A DNA stretch of 64,000 bases from Octopus sinensis (Eukaryota). The translations under genes and the position numbers were made by a program. Position 1 is the stretch's first letter, and every line of letters begins with the position of its first letter. The DNA lies in the NCBI RefSeq assembly GCF_006345805.1, contig NC_042997.1, positions 85,746,001-85,810,000 on the forward strand, in the 5' to 3' direction. The notes under the pieces are model-generated. The model did no database searches. It saw only the letters and a list, made by a program, of their open reading frames with translations, and was not told where the DNA came from. This document shows, piece by piece, positions 25,195 through 37,336 of this stretch.

Positions 25195-25560
25195 CAGGGC
25201 CCTAAGCACTTAAAAGATTTTGGTACCCCCATAAAAGATTATGTAATTCAAAATATACACAATAACAAACCATAAAGTAAATTTTATTTTTCAAAATGAA
25301 GCAAAACAGTAAAAGAGAAAATAATGTTTATTTTTGTATACTTCCACTTTATTTATATTTGGAATGTTTCCTCTTACTTTTTTTGAATTGAAGTCTTTGA
25401 TCAGATCCTCAAAATTAATCGTAGGTAATACACCTGCATCTATACTTAGTAGAGATAAATGCATCCTGAATATTATCTTAGCAAGTTTAAAGTGATTTCT
25501 TTTGTGCCATAAACCATTTACCATTTCTGTGGTGCCCCCTCCTTCCCTTGATCCCCCAAG
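25195..25560 (-). mobile_element. hAT transposon 3' fragment (dimerization domain)
   Basis: ORF 25291-25524 contains LSLLSIDAGVLPTINFEDLIKDFNSKKVR, typical of the hAT C-terminal dimerization region. Confidence 0.7.
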
Positions 25561-26166
25561 AATGTGCTTATTTTGGGATGGATGGATTTATCTAACCTAG
25601 AAACATTTATGAAATGTCTACAGCCAGATTGAAACAACTATCCATATATTTATAATTCAAGTGTTTGACCGCATAGCCCTGCTTGCCTCATCTCTGCATG
25701 AGAATGAAAGCAAAGAGGAATTGAAAGAAAATATTTCAAACAATAAAGATATCAGTTGAAAAAGTGATGTAAGACTTAAGTCACATAGAAAATTGAAAAA
25801 CTTCCAGCTGGCAACTTGCATTTTGCTGATAGAAATCTATCACAACAAGATGACTGATATCAGACTTCTGTCTCCTTACAACAAACTATTCCACGCTAAT
25901 ATACTCCATGTAACAGATGTTTGAACCTTGTTTGTGTGTGTGTGTGAGTTTATATATGTGTGTGTGAATGTGTCTATATGTATGTGTATATATATATGTG
26001 CGTGTATATGTCTGTATGTGTGTGTATGTATGTATATATGCACACACACACGTTTCTTCAGTTTTACATCCATGCACTCCAGGCTAGCATGGGTTAGATA
26101 GGTATAGAGAAAGAAAGAGGTAACCTCACACATACATATAATATATATATACAACATATACATATA

Positions 26167-26207
<41 letters not shown>

Positions 26208-26554
26208 GTTTATAGATATACATATTAACTATATATATGTCTGTATATAAGTAGGTTTATTGATATGTAGGTATGTATACATACATATATGCATGTGTGT
26301 GTATGTGTTAGTATGTATTTCGCATTTGTGTGTGTATGTGTTTAATGTGTTTGTGTTCAAAACCTAAGTATCAAACAGCAGACATCTTAAGAGGAAATAG
26401 ATTGATCTTGAAGGAATGGGGGTCTGGTAGAGTAGATGGTGGATGTAAAAGAGTTGAAAGAAAAATAGAAAGAAATAAAAGAAGGAAAATAACTGCACAG
26501 AGAGAGAAAAGAGAGAGAGATAGGAGGCAGCAAGAGTGTGTAAGTATGTGTGTG

Positions 26555-26667
<113 letters not shown>

Positions 26668-26894
26668 AAACTCCTGAATTCTAGTTTTGTATTTCACACA
26701 AATAAATGTCAATCAGAGACTTCCGAGAGAAGTCACCAATAAAAATTTACCTGAATTATTTTTAACTTGTGTAGACATTGATAAAACTTCAGTTTGCAAA
26801 TCAATAATTATAACAACTGAGTGTTTAATGATAAGACGTTATTAAAGAGCAGAAACCAAGAGAAATCTTGAAGAAATATATTTCTCTTCAACAA

Positions 26895-27245
26895 GGCAGT
26901 GGATTGGTAGAATCTTTAAAACATTCTAGAAAAGTGCTGCAGTATTTATTTACAGGAATTTATGGTTTGCTTTCAAATTCTGCTCTGAGGTTAACTTTGC
27001 CTTTTATCCTTCCAGTATCAACAAAATACTCCTTTCTACTATAGGCACAAGGCCTGAAATTTTTGGGAAAGGAGCAAGTTGATTACATCGGCCCCAGTAT
27101 TCAACTGGTACTTAATTTATCGACCCCAAAAGATGAAAGGCAAAGTCAACCTCAGCAGAATTTGAACTCAAAATGTAGCGGCAGACAAAATCTCGCTAAG
27201 CATTTTGCCTGGGGTGCTGACAATTCTGCCAGCTTGCCACTTTCA
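26895..27245. mobile_element. two opposed SINE B copies
   Basis: Plus head ~26895-27030 followed by a reverse-complement copy ~27036-27243. Confidence 0.7.
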
Positions 27246-27308
27246 GTATCAACAAAATACTAGTCAAAAACCTAGAATGGTTTAACGTTTTTAAAATATA
27301 AATACAGG

Positions 27309-27470
27309 CATGGCAGTATGGTAAGAAGTTTGCATCTGAACCACATTGATTGTGGGTTCAGTCCCACTGTGTGACACCTCGGACAAGTGTCTTCTAGTAT
27401 AGCTCCAGCCAACCAAAGTCTTGTGAGTGGATTTGATTGACAGGAAACTGAAAGAAGCTTGTTGCATATA
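27309..27470 (+). mobile_element. SINE A 5' half, interrupted by the Tc1 element (tail at ~29237-29400)
   Basis: The head ends in tata immediately before the Tc1 TIR. Confidence 0.75.
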
Positions 27471-28989
27471 TACCCAGAACCACGCTAATAGATAAGGAGT
27501 GAAATTTAGGATTTCTCAGTTTTCTGTGAATCGATTTTGATAAAACTTTTCCCAGATGGTTTGCACATTATGGCAACACCATTATGTTTTCATTATTCTG
27601 TGTAACATCCTTTCTTTTTTATTTCAGATTCTTCAGTTTTTAGGGGAACCATGCTTATAGCGTCTCTCCCTCTAAGAACAATGGAAAAGGCCTTAATGAT
27701 GAAGAAAAGTCTGTCATCATCAAGGAAAGTGCTAAAGACACCTCTCTTCATGTCATTGTGGAGAGGTTAGGTCATCATGAGGACATGGTTAGATGATTCC
27801 TGAAGGACCCTTCATCAAAGAAGAAACGATCTGATTGTGGGACCTCCAAGACTGTGACAGCTAGGGATTTAAGGAATATTGGCCACAAGTTACATGGGAA
27901 ACCTGGATAAACAAGCAAAGCCTCCTCTGGATTTCCTCATGTACCAAAAACCACCAGAAATCGCATCCTTGGGACCATGGTTTCTGTGCGAGAACCCCTG
28001 AAACTGCCTTCTTTAATGCCCCACCTCCGGAGTTTGAGGCTTTAATGGCCCAAAAGTACATGACAGACATGAGTTGTGTTCTGTTCGCTGATGAAACCAG
28101 AGCAACCTTTGATGGATCTGACAGTTGGGCAAATGGTTGGGTCTGTTTTGGAGATGAGCGTCACCAATGTTTACGATGTTAAAAACAGGATGGAGGAGTC
28201 ATGTGGTGGGCTGGTATCATTGGAGACAGACTTGTTGCCCCAGTCAGGGTTCCTGAAAGAGTTTAAAGTGACCACAACCACCTACTGCAATCTCATGAAG
28301 GAGGTCTTGGCTCCCTGGCTAGATGACATACTGCTGTTACTTCTAAGGAATCTCATATTCATTCATGACAACACTCCCTCCCACTCTACTAGGACCACCC
28401 AAATATTACTAGGGTCTTATGGCATACAAGGTGAAAGGTTGATGCTGTGGCCACCAGCATTTCCAGATCTCAGCCTATCAAAAATCTTTGGTCCATCATT
28501 AAACAAGATGTTTATGCTGATAGACACCGATTTACGTCGAAAGATATCTTATGGGTGACCATCAAAGCTGCAGCAGAGGCAATCCAACCTGCTACTATTA
28601 AGAAATTAACAGATTCCATAATTAATAGGGTTTTTTAAGTTATCCATTGAAATGGTGCTCATGTTGCTGAATAATTCATTATGTCAATAAATGTTATAAT
28701 ATTATTATAGTCTTCTGTTAAATATATACTTAATGTATGCTTAATATGTATCATTATCCTTCATTTTCTGAAAGAAAAAGTCTAGATGGGCTGTTTTCAT
28801 TCAAAAGCTATTAGCATGGTTCACCCAAAAACTGAAGAAAATGAAATAAAAAAGAAAGGAAGTTATACAGAATAATGAAAAAATAATGGTTTTGCAAACC
28901 AGCTGGGAAAAGTTTTATCAAAATCGATTCACAGAAAACTGAGAAATCCTAAATTTCCTTCGTAAGCTATTAGCATGGTTCTTGGTGTA
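27471..28989 (+). mobile_element. Tc1-family DNA transposon with ~190-bp IR/DR termini; transposase pseudogene
   Basis: Long TIRs with TA ends; LFADETRATFDG, IFIHDNTPSH and WPPAFPDLS/PIKNLWSIIK motifs, with frameshifts and stops. Confidence 0.9.
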
Positions 28990-29014
28990 TATGTATGTAT
29001 ATATGTATGTATAT

Positions 29015-29232
29015 GAAGGCAGTGAGCTGGCAGAATCATAAGCATTCTGGGCAAAATGCATTGCAACATTTCGTCTGTCCTTACATTTTGAGTTCAAATT
29101 CCGCTGAAGAAGACTTCAACTTTCATCCTTTTGGAGTTGATCAAATTAGAACCAATTAAATCCTGGGATCAATGTAATTGACTTACCCCTTCCCTTGAAG
29201 TCACTGGACTTGTGCCAAAATTTGAAACCAAT
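29015..29232 (+). mobile_element. SINE family B
   Basis: aaggcagtgagctggcagaatc...tgtgccaaaatttgaaa. Confidence 0.85.
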
Positions 29233-29399
29233 ATTAGTGTGTGTGTGTGTGTCTTTATGTTTGTGTCTGTTCCTCAAACACTTGACAACTAGTGTTGGGT
29301 TTTTTTATATCCCTGTAACTGGGTGATTCAGTAAAACAGACAGGTGAAATAAGTACCAGACTTTAAAAAAAGGCCTTGGTGTGATTTGTTAGACTAAAG

Positions 29400-29519
29400 C
29401 CCTAATAATAATAATAAGAAGAAGAAGAAGAAGAAGAAGAAGAGAAGAAGAAGAAGAAGAAGAAGAAGAAGAAGAAGAAGATTAATAATAACAATAATAA
29501 TAATAATAATAATAATAGC

Positions 29520-29566
<47 letters not shown>

Positions 29567-29822
29567 TGATGATTTCAAATTTTGGCACAAGGCCAGCAAG
29601 TTTGAGGGAAGGATGAGTCGGTTGCATCAATCCAGCACTCAACTGGTACTTATGTTATCGACCTTGAAAGGATGAAAGGCAAAGTTGACCTCAGTGGAAT
29701 TTGAACCCAGAACATGAAGGCAAACGAAATGCTGCTAAGCATTTCACCTGGTGTGCCAATGGTTCTGCCAGCTTGCCACCTTACTACTACGGCTACTACT
29801 ACTAATAATAATAATAACAATG

Positions 29823-29896
<74 letters not shown>

Positions 29897-29960
29897 CATA
29901 AATGATAATGATGAAGATGACAATGGTGATGGTGATGACAAGATTGTTTATGGTCACAAT
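29400..29960. repeat. (GAA)n/(TAA)n microsatellites around a minus-strand SINE B (29573-29780)
   Basis: Direct inspection. Confidence 0.85.
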
Positions 29961-30424
29961 GATGATGATATTGAAATGTAAATGGTCACACACTCTGCAG
30001 AAATAGTATTATTCACTTTAATCAACCCCAGTACTTGACTAGAGCTTCTTTTAGCAACCTCAGAAAAATAGAAATCAAAGTTGACCTACGCACAATTTGA
30101 AGAACCCATAAGTATTGCACCACGAATATGCAGATATATGATGTCTAGTGTATTGATTCAAGTAGAAAGTCGATTCTTCGATTAATGTTCCTTTGTAAGC
30201 AAGCCATCTTTATTCTGGTGTAAGGTAAAAAGAGATTTACTGATACAAGATATAGCAGTCTTCTTTATTTGATTTATTCCTTCTTTTTTTTATTTTCTGG
30301 GAACAAAAAAAACACAGTGGAAAATTTGTTGAGGGAGATTTGGCTACAGCATTGTGTAAGTTGTTGGTTTGTTGGGCTTAGGGCGATCATTCGTTACTAG
30401 TAACATAACTGTCACTTATAAATC

Positions 30425-30711
30425 CACGTGGGTTTATTTACATTTCTGAAGAAGATCGTTGGTTTCCGTAAAAAATTTTTATTTTTTTACATATGGGTTT
30501 GGGGGGAAACAAATACACACATACACACACACACACACAAACGGAACGCTAACTTCAAAAGAACTTTGCGCTCTATCTGTCTGGCTTTTATGCCGACTTG
30601 AAAAGATACCGTAACCCCGACCCCCACCCACCCCCACCCCACATATATAAAAAAATTAAAATTTTACGGAAAGTGACGATCTTCTTCTTCAAATGTAAAC
30701 AAATGCACGTG
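30425..30711. mobile_element. unclassified MITE with ~70-bp inverted termini
   Basis: cacgtg..tttatttacatt..gaagaagatcgt..tttccgtaaaa at the left is inverted at 30640-30711. Confidence 0.65.
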
Positions 30712-31325
30712 ACGTAAATGGGATTCATATCGAAAGAATGCCATATCTAGATCAACCCTGAACATGCAGATTTTTGGTCAAAAGCATACCAGCTCTCATT
30801 ATCTAAATTGCACATATGCATGCATGCGTGCATGTGTGTGTGCTGTGGAGAAGTTTGCTTCATAATCCCGAAGTCTCAGGTTTGTGAGTGAAATTGAGTC
30901 AATGGAAATTGTGTAGAAACCCATTAGATTGATGGGTTTCTCTAATACAAAGTCCAGCCTTGTCTCATACTGTGTCATGTTGATTCTGCTTATGGATTAC
31001 ATTAATAAGGGTATGACAATCTGTGAAATTCTCAGCCACTGGCATACTAATTCAATGAGCAGATTATTCAGTTGGTCAAAGAAATAAATATTCATTGTCA
31101 AAACTGACACATCTTTTATCTTTTGCTGGTTTCAGTCATTGAATTGCAAACTAGATGGGCCATTGCACTGCCTTAAAGGGTTTAGTCAAGCAAATCAACC
31201 ATGGCACTTACTTTTAAGTCTGGTATTTAGTCTTCTGTTAAAATTATAAGTCATGGGGACATAAAGAAACTAACACCAGTTAGCAAACAGTGTATGTCAG
31301 GAGACAAACAGGAAACCACATATGC

Positions 31326-31372
<47 letters not shown>

Positions 31373-31719
31373 TGTGTATTTTATAGGCAAGTAAGTAAAT
31401 TTCGATCACAGTAGACCTGTGAAAACAGCAAAGAAAGGCTGAGTATTCACCTCTAGAAGATGGAAAAAGTTGCCAGCAGGCGGTTAGGCTTTCATACAGT
31501 TTCTGTCTATCATGTTCATTTGCATGGCATTGTTTGACCCATGTCTAGTGTAAAAACACCTGACCAAAGGGCTACACAGTTATACTGAACCGAAAACCAC
31601 GTGGTTGAAAAAAGCAAACTTATTAACCACCCACCAATACCTGCTCCTATAATATATCTGTTTAATTTACTTTTGTTACTACTTATCTTTGTCTAACATG
31701 TCCTTCCTTATTTCCTCAG

Positions 31720-31772
31720 AGCCTTTATGGTTAAGCTTGATTATGCATTGGCACACGTACATGCAGACCTTG
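31720..31772 (+). CDS. candidate internal coding exon (53 nt)
   Basis: Branch tctaac, strong tract tccttccttatttcctcag| and donor ttg|gtaaga. Two open frames: AFMVKLDYALAHVHADL or PLWLSLIMHWHTYMQTL. Confidence 0.65.
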
Positions 31773-31911
31773 GTAAGATTTTGTTTGTAAGACTAGCAGT
31801 CACCTATACATGCACATCTTCCTTTTCTATGCTGCAAATGTTTATTCTTGGAAAAGACTGTTTTCTTGGGCCTTTAATATAATTTGATGCAAGTGTTATT
31901 ACAGGTGTGTG

Positions 31912-32230
31912 AGGGCGCGTGCCTTAGTGGTTAGGGCATTCGGCTCATGATCGTAAGGTTGTGAGTTCGATTCCCGGCGACGCGTTGTGTCCTTGAGCAA
32001 GACACTTTATTTCACGTTGCTCCAGTCCACTCAGCTGGCAAAAATGAGTTGTACTTGTATTTCAAAGGGTCAGCCTTGTCACTCTCTGTGTCACGCTGAT
32101 TATCCCCGAGAACTACGTTAAGGGTACACGTGTCTGTGGAATGCTCAGCCATTTGCACGTTAATTTCACGAGCAAGCTGTTCTGTTGATTGTATCAGCTG
32201 GGACCCTCGTCGTCGTAACCGGCGGAGTCT
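31912..32230 (+). mobile_element. SINE family C, young copy with 13-bp TSD
   Basis: ttattacaggtgt at 31896-31908 and 32231-32243; CpGs retained; tRNA-like head with B-box gagttcgattccc. Confidence 0.9.
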
Positions 32231-32250
32231 TTATTACAGGTGTTGTTGTG

Positions 32251-32590
32251 AAGGTACATGGCTCAGTGGTTTGAGCATCAGGCTCACAGTCATGAGGTAG
32301 GGAGTTTGATTCCTGATTCCTGGACTGAGCTGTGAGTTGTGTTCTTGAGCAAGACACTTTATTTCACCTGACTCCAGTTCACTTATCTGTAGAAATGAGT
32401 TGCAACATTACTGGTGCTAAACTGTATCGGCCTTTGTCTTCCTTTTGGATAACATTGGTGGCATGGAGAGGGGAGGCTGGTATGCATGGCTGACTGCTAG
32501 TCTACCATAAACAACCTTGCCCGGACTTGTGTCTTGGAGGGTAACTTTCTTGGTACAATCCCAAGGTCATTCATGACCAATGGGAGATCC
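32251..32590 (+). mobile_element. SINE family D
   Basis: Aligns with 15094-15422 and 60636-60965. Confidence 0.85.
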
Positions 32591-32953
32591 TGCTGTCAGA
32601 ATGCAAAGAACTGGAACTGACATCACAAGACATCTTGCTCAACCCTCTAATCCAGTGCTCAGTTTCACTAATCCACCCCTCTGTATTTGTACTTTCTTAT
32701 CATTGTCTTTGCAATGATGAAAAAGCTGATCTTAGCAAGACTTGAACTTAAAATGCAAAGAGTTGCAACTGACACCACAAAACATCTTGCTCAACCCTCT
32801 GAATTAGTACATCTTTATAAATGCAAAAATTGTTTTGAAAGATAAATCTGATCTTAGTAAGATTTGAACTCAAAATGCACAGTTAGAACAAATACAAGGA
32901 AGAATTCTGTCCAGTATTCTAATGACTCAGCCAATGTGCCATGGTATTTTCAG

Positions 32954-33028
32954 ACAACAGATTATGATATCAAGGAGATTATTAGCAGCAGATCAACAGA
33001 CTCTTTTTGGGTTGGCATTTAATAACAT
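32954..33028 (+). CDS. candidate exon (acceptor at 32954 or 32961)
   Basis: ggtattttcag|acaacag|; open frame (QQ)IMISRRLLAADQQTLFGLAFNN to donor at|gtaaat; the alternative frame DYDIKEIISSRSTDSFWVGI* would be terminal. Confidence 0.35.
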
Positions 33029-33146
33029 GTAAATATTCACTTTTGCTGTGTCTGGTGAGAGCACTGATAGCTGGTAATAATCATAATGAATGCTTGAAAA
33101 TTATTTAGAATTAAACCTAATTTCTTCTGTGTGTCTATACCTACAG

Positions 33147-33236
33147 ATCCTATTACACATTACATATATCGACACATCTTAGGCATCCACAAACATTAAC
33201 TAAAATGTCAGTGAATGGTAGAATGCAAGTGTAATT
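33147..33236 (+). CDS. candidate terminal exon
   Basis: Branch cctaat and tract ttcttctgtgtgtctatacctacag|; the phase-2 frame SYYTLHISTHLRHPQTLTKMSVNGRMQV* is compatible with the preceding candidate. Confidence 0.3.
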
Positions 33237-33560
33237 CTCTGAAAATGAGAGAACAATGAAGTTGATAGGAAATTCCTTTAGGCTATGCAAATGATAAGAA
33301 AAACAAAATGGTTTGATATTCAAGAAACTGTCTAAGAAATTCCTAACTTCTCTTCATTGTTGAGACAACAAAACACAGAAGGAATTTTATTTATGTATGT
33401 ATTTATTATGCAACTGTGCACGCATTATTCTTCCCTGGCTTAAGGGCTTCAATCCAGATTTATCTTCTAGCACTGTAATTCCTTCAACTAAGTTTTTATA
33501 CCATTGCAAAACTCTTTTACTATATGAAATATATAAAATTTATCCTTCAAAAAAGGAAAG

Positions 33561-33592
<32 letters not shown>

Positions 33593-34468
33593 TGTATGTA
33601 TGCATGTATGTATGTATGTATGTATGTATGCATGTGTATATATATATGCATATATGTATATATGTATGTATGTGTGTATGTATATATATATATATGTATA
33701 TATATATAGATGTATGTATGTTAGTATCTATGTATGTATATATATATAGCTATATATACATATATATATATATATATATACATGTATGGATGTAAGGATG
33801 TATGCAGTGGCAGCTCGTGTATAGGCACTGCAGAACTGCAGCACCCCGCTATTTCCACTTGATATTATCAATAATATTCATTATAATCAGTCCTTTTTCT
33901 TTAATTCTTTCTTTATATTTGTACGTTATATAATCCTTAAGTTTAATGTCAGTAGCCATACACTTGTTGAGTACAAAAATACAAAAATCCTTATATAGAA
34001 CTGTGCACTTCACAGTTCCAGTGATGTGGTGTTTGGCTATTGTGTGATGCTCACATTCCAAGATAGGAAAATTCACGCTAAGGAGAGGCAGCACTGTCAC
34101 TCATGCAATGTCAGTGAAAGGTAGTGCTTACTATTCACTCCACGTGTATTGTGCTTAAAAAACATGTTTATATTCTTGAATGTGATAAAGTGTAGAGTTA
34201 GATTATTATCCTGCTTCCAGCATCAGTGTTGCAGGCAGGATTTGAAAAATAGGGCAGACTCACCCACCTTGTTTTCTGATTTAAGGGGATTTTTGAAAAA
34301 CAAGGGGTAATTCACAGTGGTGTTCACTGAACAAATTAAACACAATACCTGACAGTTTGTTTCCTTTTACACAATATTAAAACAATGGCTAAAAATTTTC
34401 TGAAGTAGTACCCACACTAATTTTATCTATGAGCAGCCACAGTATGTATATATATATGTATATATATG

Positions 34469-34522
<54 letters not shown>

Positions 34523-34539
34523 GTATATTTTTATAAGAG

Positions 34540-34694
34540 ATAATGGTGTCATTGCCCGAGCCCAAATTCTATGCAAATCTTGCAGGTGCCGCCGATATAT
34601 ACATACATAAATATATACACACACACATATATGTATACCGATATACATATGTATATATATGTGTGTGTGTGTGTATATGTACATATGTGTGTGC

Positions 34695-34730
<36 letters not shown>

Positions 34731-34740
34731 TAGATAGATA

Positions 34741-34787
<47 letters not shown>

Positions 34788-34955
34788 TTTTAGGATCTTC
34801 AATTTGTGAAGAAAAAAGATTCCCTCCCCCCCAGCCCTAACCCTAACCCTAAAACAGATTGAAATGCAATAAATCGATATAAGGGTCATAATTATGGGTG
34901 ACAATTTCAAATGACACCGCTGGAAAAAAACTGCCGTTCAAACCGAAAAGATCCA
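34540..34955. mobile_element. non-autonomous repeat containing (CCCTAA)3 and a microsatellite core (possibly Helentron/HINE-like)
   Basis: ccctaa x3 at 34835-34852; short inverted ggtgtcatt / aatgacacc; internal (TA)n/(TAGA)n. Confidence 0.35.
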
Positions 34956-35249
34956 GTAGGGTTGCTAGAAAAGGGATATTAGGACGAGAGAGAAAGAAAG
35001 AACGACAGAGTCGCAAAAAATATATACGAAGTTGCTGTTAACAAAAGTTGGGATGCACTGTGTTCAGTTACTCCATAAATGAAAAATGCATCAAATACTA
35101 CAAAACATACACCTACGACAAACACAGAAGGACCCTAATCTTTCCCCAGTTACCGACCAAAATTCTAATAATCGTGCCTTTAATGATAAGACTGGAAACT
35201 TCGTATATTGGCAGCACCCAGCATGATTTGCGTACAGTTAGGGCTCAAG

Positions 35250-35910
35250 CAAACAAAACAATACAGGGTGGCGTACGAAAATAAACAAACGTAGCTAAGT
35301 GCTTCTTCCTATTGTTAATTAAGAACCACTTCCAGAGAGCCCTTAATTATTACAAACGCTTCATCACCCCCATACTGTCAAGGGGAGCTACTCCTGCTTA
35401 AACAATATCGCACGCATCAACAGACGTAAAAATGCACCCACACCACTTTCAACCCCAACCTGCAACTTCCGAAACCCACCATGTGCTATTTAGAAGGATC
35501 TTGTCTCCCAAGCGCCGTAGTATCCAGAGCCACCCTTACACCATCTCATGGCATTACTAGGTACTATATGGGTATGACAACTAGTGACTTCAAGGGAAGA
35601 TACTCCCAGCATATGCACTCGTTCAGATCTGGGGATAGAGAGAGCTCTACTTCTCAACATCGTTTTCTGTGGAGATTCCGTGATTTCTGAGGTGAAATAC
35701 CCAACATCAAGTGGACTATTGTCGACAGAGCGCTACCATATTTATCCGGTGCCCCCAACTGCCAGCTCTGCCTCCGCGAAAAACTGCATATCCTCCAACA
35801 ACCCGTCGTATCCATCAACAAGAAGTACGATTTATCGTATTGTTGTCAACAGAGATATGCCCTTCTGGCAAATTTCAGGCCTCTGACTGCCGACAACCTG
35901 GATATACCAC
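35250..35910 (+). mobile_element. Penelope-like element GIY-YIG endonuclease region (degenerate)
   Basis: TVKGSYSCLNNI, CYLEGSCLPSAVVSRATLTPSHGITRYYMGMTTSDFKGRYSQHMHSFR, IKWTIVDRALPY and CQLCLREKLHIL. Confidence 0.85.
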
Positions 35911-36543
35911 CTTAACACCAGCTGCTACTTTGCAGTGCCTGCACCAAGGCCACTGCTACCAACCAACTCCATGAGCAGGTCCGCCATTTACTAATCCCCA
36001 ACGTTTACCAGCCCCCCCCCCATGCTTGTTTTGCGTGTGTATACTTACGCGCATATGCGAGCGAATGCACATGTGTACACTAGTATGCATGCGTACATGC
36101 ATGCAAATATACATATGTACATATGAATGAATACGCATGTATGTGTGTATGGGCGTATGTGTGTGCATACGTGCGTATGCATGTGTGTGTTTGTACGTAT
36201 GCGTGTTCCTCCAAGCGCATGTGTGCAGACGTGCGCGTGCGCGACATGTACAGATACACACACTTGCATCAATGTATACATGCAAGCAAAACTATATGAG
36301 CGCGTCTACACACCCAAATATACAACTATATACTTGCACATGTCACCTCTGCCTACTCATCCCCCCCAACAACCTAACCGAGTCCTAGTCTATTTCCTGT
36401 CATCCATGCGGTCGATTTACTGTTCACCATGCAGTATTTTCGAACTAACTGTTACCCATATACCAGCATCAAACCACGACACCGCGTGACCTTCCTCAAC
36501 CAATCACAGCCAACCTTACGGTAATAACAATCAACTTTTGTCA

Positions 36544-36608
36544 TTCAAATTCAAAATAGCAGACGACTAGCATCATGCTTGAAACTCAAGAGTACCAATG
36601 AATTTGAA
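36544..36608 (+). ncRNA. degenerate type I hammerhead ribozyme candidate
   Basis: cAgacga-ct-agca-tca-tgct-t-GAAA-ctc-aa-gag-TA: stem II, a perfect stem III ending in GUA, enclosed by the 10-bp stem ttcaaattca/tgaatttgaa. Confidence 0.45.
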
Positions 36609-36643
36609 TCAAATTGCTTTGATCCACACACACACACAAACAT

Positions 36644-36699
<56 letters not shown>

Positions 36700-37336
36700 C
36701 AGCAAAAGAGACATAGAATAAAGAAAAATTAAACCCTTCAATTTGCTGTCCCAGCATGGCCGCAGTCCAATAACTGAAACAAATAAAAGATAAACGATAC
36801 ATATACACAAAGAAATATCGATGCAATATTATTTGTAATTGTTTGAAAAGGGAAATAATAGAATGCCTAAGAGAACTTAGTTATGTCTATTTGTGTTCTG
36901 AATATAGCAAATTCCAGAATTTAATGTAATTTAATTGAGCTTTCTTCCTAACAGAATTAATACAATATCAAATTGAAGTCATGCTCTGCAGTGGTTCTCA
37001 ATCATTTTTTATCTATGGATCCCATTGATTTGTATTTTACTCTGGTGAACCCCAGAACCATTCGATATTTAAAATCTAGTTTTGTAGATACTTCGCTCAG
37101 AATTCCTATTTTGCTCATTACTTATTCACTTGTATTGGTTGAACTACGTAAAACGTCAAGGAAAGAGACTTAGCTGTTTCTTGCAATAAATACACCTATA
37201 ATACAGCATTTTTTCATGGACCCTTAAAATACTACTATGGATTCCCAGTTTACTATTTTTGCTTGTGTGGATCGCCCAAAATCTCGGGGTTTACGCTCTA
37301 CGTGAATGAATTGAAGCAGGAACATTCTAGAGCATA

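Noticed and set aside
31912-31985. Possible tRNA gene (CAT anticodon-like loop, GTTCGA box)
   Set aside because: The T-stem and acceptor stem do not pair, and the sequence continues into the SINE C body.
33990-34135. ITGTVK peptide (R4-like C-terminus) and a small agcactg/tagtgct hairpin
   Set aside because: A six-residue match and a short bulged stem are within chance expectation; no miRNA or SECIS features.
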